The translations under genes were made by a program, and so were the position numbers. From Parcubacteria bacterium DG_74_1 (GTDB taxonomy: Bacteria; Patescibacteriota; Minisyncoccia; Minisyncoccales; DG-74-1), in assembly GCA_001303125.1 (NCBI GenBank), contig LJNE01000002.1, forward strand, positions 35,564-99,563: DNA of 64,000 bases, written 5' to 3'. Positions 39,693-47,829 of the stretch are shown piece by piece; position 1 is the stretch's first letter, and each line of letters begins with the position of its first letter. The notes under the pieces were generated by a model that was given only the letters and a program-made list of their open reading frames with translations, was not told where the DNA came from and did not search any database.

Positions 39693-39745
39693 TTAAGGTC
39701 AATATTGCGTTTTCTTATTATAACAAAAATTCTCAGAGAAACAAA

Positions 39746-39769
39746 AGCTCCCGGAGAAATCCGGGAGCT
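39746..39769 (-). terminator. Intrinsic terminator of the surface-protein gene
   Basis: Perfect 9-bp stem AGCTCCCGG/CCGGGAGCT with a 6-nt loop, followed on the minus strand by TTTTGTTTCT. A TTGTTT-16-TATAAT promoter for the metalloprotease gene follows (TATAAT at 39717-22). Confidence 0.7.
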
Positions 39770-39793
39770 AATGAGCCTCACAAGGAAAGGCGA

Positions 39794-41761
39794 TTAGTCG
39801 GTAAGATATAGCGTTGATGTCTTAATATCCTCTACCATCCAGTTGGTATTATCCCAGGCGTTAGTGGTCCCACCGTCAGTCGTGTCCCAAGTAAAGAGGG
39901 ACAGATAGAAGGAGAAGAACCCAGCAGTTCCGGCGTTATTGTCAAGATAACCGGCAACAGTAAATGTTTGTGATTGATCCTCAGCTACTCTGTAGGAATT
40001 GGCAGCTGTGGCGGTCAAACCTGTCGTGTCAAGGTTATATTCAGAGGTTGAAGCGGTACTTGAACCAACTATATCAGTTGCTGTGGCCGAAACAAAGATG
40101 TCGCCTCCTAAGGCAGTCACCCTAAATTTAAGCTCAGCATTGGCTTTGTCAGTTTGGTCTTCAACCAATGAAAGTGATTGGCTGACAAGGTCAATATCAG
40201 GAACCACTTCCCAGAAGTAAATGGCGTTTCCTGCGGCTGAACCGGCGTAAGTACACGCTTCTTCGTTAGCGCTAGCTGCAAGAACATCATCAGCTGCAAT
40301 TGACGCAGTAACAGTGCCAGCGGTGCTAGTGGCAGCATACTCTACTTCAACCGTCAATGTCTTGGTAGTATCTTCAGCGATATCTACTTCAAGGTCAGTG
40401 AAGGACGTAGTGGCAGCTGCTGCTTCACTACCAATGGCGGTAGTCCCGTCATAAAGCTTCACAGCATTAATGTTGGTAGTAGTAGAGAGAGTAACTGTAA
40501 CAGTTCTCACTCGAGCACTACTTCTGGTTACTGCTAGGTCAAAGGCTAGAACTTCATGTTGTGTCGCCGTGTCAGGATCAATTACAGCAAAACCTTCTTC
40601 AGGAGTATCAGCATTGATTTTTGTCTCAATTCTGGCTCCCAAACCAGCAGCGGCAACAGTAAACTGTCTGTTCCCAGCACAGGTTGCATACTGGTAAATT
40701 CTGGCTGTATCTACTCCTCTAATGGCGTCTGCTCCGGTAGTCATAGTTAGGGCTCCAGGAGTTCGAGGTATCGTCGGCGTGTTTACCTTGATGGTAATAT
40801 CCTTTGTCCCGCCCTCCGAAACGTCTATGTCCAAACCGGATAATCTTAACCGATAGTCAGTGCCAAATGTTATCTCTGAAACGGTTCCAGAATCAATATC
40901 AGTTCCTTTGACCGGATCGTCTCCATCGTAAAGGGCAAGATAATCTATCTTGTGCCACGGAACAGCGTCAAAGTTGATATCAATCCTGTTAACTGTAATA
41001 TCAGAATCTCTTGCCTTAAGTTCAATAGCACCGACCGCTACATCTGAAGCTCCCCAGTTAACCTCAACGCCAGTTGGGGTTGGAAGCCATCTGGCAGTTA
41101 ACCAGCCTTCCTCTGGTTCAACAACCTCCTCTTTACACAAGCCGGCTTCACATACATAGTCATCTGGACAATCAGCATCGGTTTCACATTCAACTGCCGG
41201 CACACATTCTCCGCCGACACATATGAAACCTGACAGACAGTCATCATCTTCAACGCACTCAGGTCCTGTCAGCATTTCGTCTAAGACAGGCCTGGTAGCT
41301 GGACCGACATAGCCGGTTCCGGCTGTTAGTCCTATTGGAGTTAGAATTTCAGCCGCGTATTTGTTCTGGAACTTGACAACAGCTCCGTGGGTCAAAGGAC
41401 CAAAGAAGGTTGTCTCATTTCCAGGAGAACCAGCCGCGCCAGCTGCGGCGTCAAGCTGAGTTGCAGGATCGGTATTAAGCAATGCCTGCAAGCATTTGAC
41501 ATCGTCACCGCTTATGCCTTGATACAAGTCTCTGGTAAAGCTAGTCATACCAGCACAAGCTGCTGGAACACCAGCCGCCGGGGTTGTACCACCAAGCAGA
41601 GCCGTATATAGAGTTAATAATTCATCGTATTTGTCCTGTAGCTTTTCAAATTGATCCATGAGTTCGTCCCACTCTTCCTGTGTTACTCCTTGAGCCACAC
41701 CAGGAAACATTGTCAACGCCATGGCTAGACAGACCATTCCTGCTAAAATCTTTTTTGTCAT
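39794..41761 (-). CDS. Secreted cell-surface protein: signal peptide, coiled coil, PG_binding_1-like module, Cys/Asp-rich segment, long Thr/Ala/Gly-rich beta-rich region
   Basis: MTKKILAGMVCLAMALTMFPGVAQG; ...AVVKFQNKYAAEILTPIGLTAGTGYVGPATR; gene visibly more GC-rich than its surroundings. Confidence 0.7.
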   Translation of the reverse strand: MTKKILAGMVCLAMALTMFPGVAQGVTQEEWDELMDQFEKLQDKYDELLTLYTALLGGTTPAAGVPAACAGMTSFTRDLYQGISGDDVKCLQALLNTDPATQLDAAAGAAGSPGNETTFFGPLTHGAVVKFQNKYAAEILTPIGLTAGTGYVGPATRPVLDEMLTGPECVEDDDCLSGFICVGGECVPAVECETDADCPDDYVCEAGLCKEEVVEPEEGWLTARWLPTPTGVEVNWGASDVAVGAIELKARDSDITVNRIDINFDAVPWHKIDYLALYDGDDPVKGTDIDSGTVSEITFGTDYRLRLSGLDIDVSEGGTKDITIKVNTPTIPRTPGALTMTTGADAIRGVDTARIYQYATCAGNRQFTVAAAGLGARIETKINADTPEEGFAVIDPDTATQHEVLAFDLAVTRSSARVRTVTVTLSTTTNINAVKLYDGTTAIGSEAAAATTSFTDLEVDIAEDTTKTLTVEVEYAATSTAGTVTASIAADDVLAASANEEACTYAGSAAGNAIYFWEVVPDIDLVSQSLSLVEDQTDKANAELKFRVTALGGDIFVSATATDIVGSSTASTSEYNLDTTGLTATAANSYRVAEDQSQTFTVAGYLDNNAGTAGFFSFYLSLFTWDTTDGGTTNAWDNTNWMVEDIKTSTLYLTD

Positions 41762-42010
41762 ATTTTTTTGTTATGAGTTATAACTTATTAATTAATTATT
41801 TTTTTCTGTCGCGTCGACCATTTCATTTCATTCGCGACTTATCTCACCCCGTAGAGAAATTTTGAACAATAATTATTTCTGCGGGCTTGGCCCATTCGAA
41901 ATTCTTCTGCGGGATTTATGTTTTAGTCACGAATTTCACCCCATACCGAAACGAATTTTCTGGCACCGGGGTTGCGACTTTCAATTGTTAAAGATGGAGT
42001 ATGTATTTTT

Positions 42011-42907
42011 TTACTTTTCTTCGCTTGTTTCCCCTTCTTTCTCTTCCAGGTCTTCCAATTCTTCTTCTGCTTCTTCCTCCGTTGTCCCTTCCTCTTCTTC
42101 CACGTCTTCTACTGTTTCTTCGGTCTGAATTTCCTCAAGAGATTCTTCTATTGTTTCCGTGGTAGTAGGTGGTTTATTGAATTCGTTCTGAAATAAAATT
42201 AGAGCTCCGGAATATTTTTCTTCTTCAATTAGTTGCTTCATCTGGCTTAAAACTTCCTCTTGTCCCTCAGTTAAGGTGCTAGCTTCTAAAGCAGAAATCA
42301 AATCCTCGGCATAAAGCTTATCTGAGCTTTGTTTTAATTCTTCAAGCTCCTCTTCTCCGAAAGCCACTCCCAAGGTCTGACTGATTGTTTGGGCTTTTTC
42401 TTCAATTTCGTCAACAATTTTTTTAACCTCCGCTGGACTGGAAGCTTTAGCTAAATTTTTATTCGCCTCGGAAATACTGGCCCGGGTTTCATTAATAGCT
42501 GAGGGCAAATTCTTAACCCGATTCTCTTGGGCAACCTGAGCTAGTTCTTCTAATCTCTTATTAGTTAATTCTAATTGAACTAGGGGTAGTTCTTCCTCAG
42601 AAACAAAAGCTGATTGCACTCTTTCGGTAACCTTTTTCATCGAATAAAGTTTTTCGCCGGGCAGAGATTTTTGGGCAAATGTAAAGGTCCCAAAAAGGCC
42701 GGCAAAAACGAAAAAAGCCGCCAGTCCGGCATAAGCCGGCTTGGCAAAAATCATCCGAAAAGTTGAAAGAATTATCGCGAATGGACTCTCCTGTTTTGCC
42801 TTTTGTTCCTGACCAAGAATCTCGTCTTTAACCAAAACAGCCCAGTCCTGGCTGGGTTTAATCTGGCGAAGTTCTCGAAGTTTCGCAATGAGCTCTTTCT
42901 CTTCCAT
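42011..42907 (-). CDS. Putative anti-sigma factor (single-pass; DUF5667-like extracytoplasmic domain; acidic C-terminal tail)
   Basis: Short cytoplasmic N-terminus, TM helix AYAGLAAFFVFAGLFGTF, position immediately downstream of the ECF sigma gene. Confidence 0.55.
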   Translation of the reverse strand: MEEKELIAKLRELRQIKPSQDWAVLVKDEILGQEQKAKQESPFAIILSTFRMIFAKPAYAGLAAFFVFAGLFGTFTFAQKSLPGEKLYSMKKVTERVQSAFVSEEELPLVQLELTNKRLEELAQVAQENRVKNLPSAINETRASISEANKNLAKASSPAEVKKIVDEIEEKAQTISQTLGVAFGEEELEELKQSSDKLYAEDLISALEASTLTEGQEEVLSQMKQLIEEEKYSGALILFQNEFNKPPTTTETIEESLEEIQTEETVEDVEEEEGTTEEEAEEELEDLEEKEGETSEEK

Positions 42908-42950
42908 TCTTAAAATATGACGAAATTTCGAGGGTTTTATTACACCTCTT

Positions 42951-43460
42951 TTATCTCTTTTTGTTAATTTCTGTTTTTAACGCTTTAAGGGCGCGGTGCA
43001 GTAGGACACGAGTAGCTTCTTCTGACCTATCTAAGAGTTCAGATACCTTAGGAATAGGTAGGTCATCAAGGTAGTGCCAAATAATTACATCTTGATAATC
43101 ATCTTTCAGTCCAGTTAAAGCTGTCCTAATCACATGAAGATCAGATCTCAAGATAGCTGCTTCTTCTAAATCCTCCCGGGGGTCAATAATCGGCGTTAAT
43201 TCAACCGAAACAGTCCGGGTCTTGCCTTTTTCTCGATAATGGTCAATAACCAGATTACGGGCGGTCCGGTATAAAAATGCCTGAGGATTTCCAATTGGGT
43301 TTCCTTCGCTCTGTTTAAACTTCTCCCATGTTCTTAAAAAAGTTTCCGAACACAAGTCCTGGGCAATTTCTTGAGAATTAACCTTTAAAAAAATAAATCG
43401 GTAGATTTTATCAATATTTTGATCGTAAATTTTGCTAAATATTTTTCTAAGGTCTTCCAT
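42951..43460 (-). CDS. ECF-family RNA polymerase sigma factor (sigma-70 regions 2 and 4)
   Basis: Region 2 IYRFIFLKV...LCSETFLRTWEKF; region 4 LDDLPIPKVSELLDRSEEATRVLLHRALKAL. Confidence 0.8.
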   Translation of the reverse strand: MEDLRKIFSKIYDQNIDKIYRFIFLKVNSQEIAQDLCSETFLRTWEKFKQSEGNPIGNPQAFLYRTARNLVIDHYREKGKTRTVSVELTPIIDPREDLEEAAILRSDLHVIRTALTGLKDDYQDVIIWHYLDDLPIPKVSELLDRSEEATRVLLHRALKALKTEINKKR

Positions 43461-43508
43461 AATACTATCTATAATATATGTATCTATGTCCGACTCTTGT
43501 CCTAGCTT

Positions 43509-44096
43509 TTAACTCTCTTTTAATTCATAAAAGGTATCGTTTCGCTCGCCTACTCTTTCAATTATACCCTTTTTTAATAAGCTCTCAAAATCTCTTCTTA
43601 AGGTTCTTTTGGTTACTTCCGGGAAAACCTGCTTTACCTGCCAAACCTGAGCCCGGCCGTTCTCTTTTAAAAACTCCAGTATCTTTTCCTGCCGTAAATT
43701 TACGGTACCTGTAACAGCGTGTGAAATCTGCTTAGGGAGGCTTTCTGCTATTTCTTTTACCGGCTTTTCCAAAAGTTTTGGCGGTTCCAGAGAAGACTCA
43801 ATATCTTTTTTAATTTCGTCTTTTATCTTATTATATTCTTCCTGAATTCTCAAGAGCTCGGAAACAGCTACCCAGTTTTGGGCTTTGGCCACCTCAAAAA
43901 AACTATCAAGAACCTCCAAGCCTTTTTCATTCTGATTAGCTAAAATATCATCAGCCACCTCGCGCATTTTATAACGCAAGGGTTCCTTCTTTGGAAAAAG
44001 CAAGGTTAGCTTGTAAAGATTATTTGTCAGTTGAATTAGGTTATTTTTGTCCATAGCACGTTTTCCTAATATATCAGAAATTAGTAATGATGGCAA
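43509..44096 (-). CDS. Hypothetical protein with C-terminal winged-helix (DeoR-type) HTH; TTG start as drawn (ATG 14 codons downstream)
   Basis: C-terminus RQEKILEFLKENGRAQVWQVKQVFPEVTKRTLRRDFESLLKKGIIERV. Confidence 0.5.
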   Translation of the reverse strand: MPSLLISDILGKRAMDKNNLIQLTNNLYKLTLLFPKKEPLRYKMREVADDILANQNEKGLEVLDSFFEVAKAQNWVAVSELLRIQEEYNKIKDEIKKDIESSLEPPKLLEKPVKEIAESLPKQISHAVTGTVNLRQEKILEFLKENGRAQVWQVKQVFPEVTKRTLRRDFESLLKKGIIERVGERNDTFYELKES

Positions 44097-44156
44097 CCAT
44101 TTTTAGTTCCCCGCACTTTTTCTGCTATTCAGTCAATAAATATCACGCATCTCATT

Positions 44157-44225
44157 TTTCGTCGCACTACGCATCACTGAGGACCTAAATGGGGGCTTAG
44201 GTTCTCAATGGTGCGTAGTGCGACG
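44157..44225. repeat. Long imperfect palindrome (about 29-bp stem, 8-nt loop)
   Basis: TTTTTCGTCGCACTACGCATCACTGAGGACCTAA / ATGGGGGC / TTAGGTTCTCAATGGTGCGTAGTGCGACGAAAAA. As plus-strand RNA the three imperfections are two G-U wobbles and one mismatch. Confidence 0.6.
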
Positions 44226-44283
44226 AAAAAAAATCGCCCTTTTAGCGATAAAAAATGTCTAACAATAGGCTTAAAATAAAACT

Positions 44284-44997
44284 TTAAAGTCCGGAGAAGG
44301 TGCGGATGACGGAAACAGGAATAACTACAATTCTTCCCTCTCTGTCAACGGTATTCAGCCCCAAAATTCTCGCTTCAATGTCAAATAAGGCACTGCCAGA
44401 CAAAGTATTTTCTTCTGAAATATTTGTCTGAATCAAATTTTCGTCAAAACTCGTGACAATCCCCTCGTTGACTCTGAAGCCTAACAGCTCGGCGCCGACC
44501 AAGAAAACCCTTTCGCCTAATTTTAATTTTTCTAGGTCGGCAAAACCAAGGCTTGACAGATTGGTTTTTTCAAGCCTTATTAAGGCTAAATTATTTTCTA
44601 GGTCCCTCTTCAAAATTTCAAAGGATACCGATTCTTCGTCAACAAAAAAATTGAAAGTTGACCCTTGGGGAACCAGTTCGGCTAAAGTGACGATTAAGCC
44701 GTCGGAGGTCAAAATTAAACCTGAGCCCTCTAAAATTTTTCCCGCTTTGGTTTCGGTCTTTACTCTGGCGATTGCTTTTTCTGCTCTTTCAATGGCATCT
44801 TTAAGGGCAACGTTTTCCTGGATATAAAATTCTTTTGTTTCAATGACGTTAACCGGAAACTGATCTAATCTGTAATGATAAAAAAGCGGCCTTTCAATAA
44901 AGTAGGGCCAGAGAATTTGGTCAGCAAAAATCCCACCGACCATTCCGATGATAAAAATAGCTAAAATTTTAAAAATATTTTTAAGCATAAAATCCAA
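44284..44997 (-). CDS. Membrane-anchored trypsin/HtrA-like domain protein, catalytically degenerate (no catalytic His)
   Basis: GSGLILTSDGLIVT and DLALIRL resemble the HtrA core, but TNKHV is replaced by TLAELV and GNSGGPL by LSGSALF. Confidence 0.55.
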   Translation of the reverse strand: MDFMLKNIFKILAIFIIGMVGGIFADQILWPYFIERPLFYHYRLDQFPVNVIETKEFYIQENVALKDAIERAEKAIARVKTETKAGKILEGSGLILTSDGLIVTLAELVPQGSTFNFFVDEESVSFEILKRDLENNLALIRLEKTNLSSLGFADLEKLKLGERVFLVGAELLGFRVNEGIVTSFDENLIQTNISEENTLSGSALFDIEARILGLNTVDREGRIVVIPVSVIRTFSGL

Positions 44998-45021
44998 ATG
45001 CTATTAAAAAATCTGGACTAT

Positions 45022-47730
45022 CTATCTTACTAAAGATTTTTCTCTCTTACGAGGGGTTCTCGTTAAATCTTTGGCTGTGCGAAAGATGATTTGACCAGCC
45101 TCCAAGTCAATTACTACGCACTCCCCTTTTTTAATTTCGCCAGAAACAATTTTCAAAGAAAGCGGGTCCAAAACCTTTTTCTGAATGACTCTTTTCAAGG
45201 GTCGGGCGCCCAGATTTTGATCAAAACCCTTTTCAGCCAGAAATTGTTTAGCCGGTTCGGAGACCTTAATTTCAATCTTCTTCCCATCTAATCTTTCAGC
45301 CACTTTGGCTACTTCCAGATCAACAATTTTTTTAATCTCTGACTTACCCAGAAAATTGAAAATAATGATTTCATCAATCCGGTTTAAAAATTCCGGCCGG
45401 AAATTTTCTTTCAGAGAAGCTAAAACTTTTGTTTTTAAGCTTTCTTTTTGGCTAATTTTCTCATCGCCGCCAATAAAACCCATGGCCGCTTCCTGAGCAA
45501 TAATATTTGAGCCAACATTTGAAGTCATAATCAGAATGGTGTTTTTGAAGGAAGCGGTTCTTCCTTTGGCGTCGGTTAATCGGCCGTCTTCTAAAATCTG
45601 AAGTAAAATATTGAAAACCTTGGGATGGGCTTTTTCTATTTCGTCCAGCAGGATAACACTGTAGGGCCGGCGCCTGATTTTTTCCGTTAATTGACCGCCT
45701 TCCTCGTAGCCAACATATCCGGGAGGACTACCTATCATTTTGGAAACAGTATGGTCTTCCATATATTCTGACATATCTAAGCGAACTAGGGCATTCTCGT
45801 CATTAAATAGAAATTCGGCTAAAGCCCGGGCGGTCTCAGTTTTCCCCACGCCGGTCGGGCCTAAAAACATAAAGGAGCCCAAGGGTCGATTCTCTTCGGA
45901 AATACCAGCCCGGGAACGCCTGATAGCGTGAGCGATAGCTTCTATGGGCTCGGGTTGACCAATAACTCTTTTTTGCAAAATCTCTTCCATTTTTTCCAGT
46001 TTTTTAACTTCCTCTTCCAGCAATCGGGTGACCGGAATACCTGTCCAACGGGAAACCACTCTAGCTACTTCCTCCTCGGTCACTTCTTCTTTCAAAATGG
46101 GCCGGTTTTTTTGGAATTGAGCTAATTTTCTTTCAGCCGCTTTCAGGTCTTTCAAAAGCTGGGGAATCTTTCCGTATTTCAATTCGGCCACTTTTTGTAA
46201 ATTGGCTTCGGTTTCACCCCTTTCTACTTGAAAACGGGTTGTCTCTATTTCTTTTTTAAGGTTTTTTATCTTAGTAATGGTTTCTCTTTCCGACTGCCAT
46301 CTAGCCGTAATCTCTTTTGTCTTTTCTTTTAAGTCAGCTAATTGGCGGGAAAGCGCTTTTTTGCGGCTGGAAGGCTTCTCTTTTTTTGTTGCCGCCTGCT
46401 CTATTTCTAATTTTTGAATTTCTTTTTTGAGATTTTCTAATTCCGCCGGTTCTGACTCAATTTCTAACCTTAAAGCTGACATAGCTTCATCCATTAGGTC
46501 AACGGCCTTGTCGGGCAAAAACCTGTCGGTAATATAGCGAGCAGCCAACTGAGCGCAAGCCACCAAGGCGGAGTCTTTAATTTTTACTCCGTGATGCAGC
46601 TCGTATTTGTCTTTAATCCCTCGCAAGATGGAAATAGTGTCTTCAATCGAAGGTTCTTGAACTAAAATCGGTTGAAATCTCCTCTCTAAAGCTGGGTCTC
46701 TTTCTAAATACTTCTGATATTCTTTTAAAGTGGTGGCGCCGATGGCTCTTAATTCTCCGCGGGCTAAAGCTGGTTTCAAAAGATTTGAGGCGTCAATGGC
46801 GCCTTCGGCAGCTCCCGCTCCAACTAAAGTATGCAGTTCGTCGATAAATAAAACATATCGGCCGGCCGCCCGATTGATTTCCCTGAGTAGGGCTTTGATT
46901 CTGTCTTCAAATTCACCCCGATATTTTGTGCCAGCTACCAAAGCTCCTAAATCCAAGCCAATAATTTCTTTTTCTTTTAAGGACTCGGGTACCTGCCCAG
47001 AAACAATTTTTTGCGCCAAGCCTTCAACAATAGCCGTCTTCCCAACCCCAGCTTCACCTAACAAAACCGGATTATTTTTCGTGCGTCTTGATAAAACTTG
47101 CATCAATCTTCTAATTTCATTTTCTCTACCAACAACCGGGTCTAGTTTTCCCTGTCTGGCTTGATTGGTTAAATTTCTGGCGTATCTTTCAATGACTTGG
47201 TATTTTGTTTCCGGCTCCGGGTCAGTGATTCTAGCTCCACCCCGAATCTGAGCCAATTGCTTTAAAAAGGTTTCATAATCTAATTTGCCAAAATCTAAGG
47301 TAGTGGTTCCGCCGCTTGGCTGCAAGAAGGCAGCCTTATCTAAAATTTCTTTGGCTTTTGTTTCTGAAGCTAAAAGAGATAAAAATAAATGCTCAACGGA
47401 AATAAAGTCATCCTGCATTTTCATTGCTTCCTGTCTGGCTCGATCAAGAACCTTGGCCATATCTTGAGTTAAATAAAATTGGCCGAAGGTCTGGGGTTGA
47501 GCAACAACTGGCAGCCGTTCTAGCGCTAATTTGGCTTTTCTTTTTATTCCTTCGATATCAGCCCCCAATCGCTGAAGTAAATTTAAAACCACGCTTTCTT
47601 CCTGCGAAAGCAAAGCGTAAAGCAAATGCAAGGCATCAATCTGCTGCTGCCCTCTTTCCCGGGCTAAATCTTGAGCATGAAGTATGGCCTCTTGGGCTTT
47701 ATGGGTAAATTGTCCTCCGTTCATAGTCAA
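45022..47730 (-). CDS. clpB: ATP-dependent chaperone ClpB
   Basis: Clp N domain, two AAA+ modules (GEAGVGKTAIVEGLA; GPTGVGKTETARALAE), middle coiled-coil domain. Confidence 0.95.
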   Translation of the reverse strand: MTMNGGQFTHKAQEAILHAQDLARERGQQQIDALHLLYALLSQEESVVLNLLQRLGADIEGIKRKAKLALERLPVVAQPQTFGQFYLTQDMAKVLDRARQEAMKMQDDFISVEHLFLSLLASETKAKEILDKAAFLQPSGGTTTLDFGKLDYETFLKQLAQIRGGARITDPEPETKYQVIERYARNLTNQARQGKLDPVVGRENEIRRLMQVLSRRTKNNPVLLGEAGVGKTAIVEGLAQKIVSGQVPESLKEKEIIGLDLGALVAGTKYRGEFEDRIKALLREINRAAGRYVLFIDELHTLVGAGAAEGAIDASNLLKPALARGELRAIGATTLKEYQKYLERDPALERRFQPILVQEPSIEDTISILRGIKDKYELHHGVKIKDSALVACAQLAARYITDRFLPDKAVDLMDEAMSALRLEIESEPAELENLKKEIQKLEIEQAATKKEKPSSRKKALSRQLADLKEKTKEITARWQSERETITKIKNLKKEIETTRFQVERGETEANLQKVAELKYGKIPQLLKDLKAAERKLAQFQKNRPILKEEVTEEEVARVVSRWTGIPVTRLLEEEVKKLEKMEEILQKRVIGQPEPIEAIAHAIRRSRAGISEENRPLGSFMFLGPTGVGKTETARALAEFLFNDENALVRLDMSEYMEDHTVSKMIGSPPGYVGYEEGGQLTEKIRRRPYSVILLDEIEKAHPKVFNILLQILEDGRLTDAKGRTASFKNTILIMTSNVGSNIIAQEAAMGFIGGDEKISQKESLKTKVLASLKENFRPEFLNRIDEIIIFNFLGKSEIKKIVDLEVAKVAERLDGKKIEIKVSEPAKQFLAEKGFDQNLGARPLKRVIQKKVLDPLSLKIVSGEIKKGECVVIDLEAGQIIFRTAKDLTRTPRKREKSLVR

Positions 47731-47774
47731 AAGTTTTTGAATCTAGTTCATTATTATTCTACTACAAAATCTGT

Positions 47775-47799
47775 AAAAAAAGCAAACCCCTATTTGGGG
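47775..47799 (-). terminator. Intrinsic terminator after htrA
   Basis: CCCC-AAATA-GGGG hairpin (47787-47799) followed on the minus strand by TTTGCTTTTTTT. Confidence 0.55.
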
Positions 47800-47829
47800 A
47801 TTTATTGGCTTTGGAGGTTGATAGATTTT

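Noticed and set aside
40000-41600. Multiple 60-75-aa ORFs on both strands inside the surface-protein gene
   Set aside because: They are an artefact of locally elevated GC in the genuine 655-aa minus-strand gene; no independent support.
41862-42196. Plus-strand ORFs (88 aa, 74 aa) from the track overlapping the 3' end of the anti-sigma gene
   Set aside because: They are antisense to the Glu-rich tail-coding, low-complexity region of the minus-strand gene and translate to Ser/Phe-rich repeats. Spurious.
47731-47829. CIRCE heat-shock operator upstream of clpB
   Set aside because: No TTAGCACTC-N9-GAGTGCTAA-like inverted repeat. Only a terminator hairpin for htrA and a plausible TTTACA/TAATAAT promoter.
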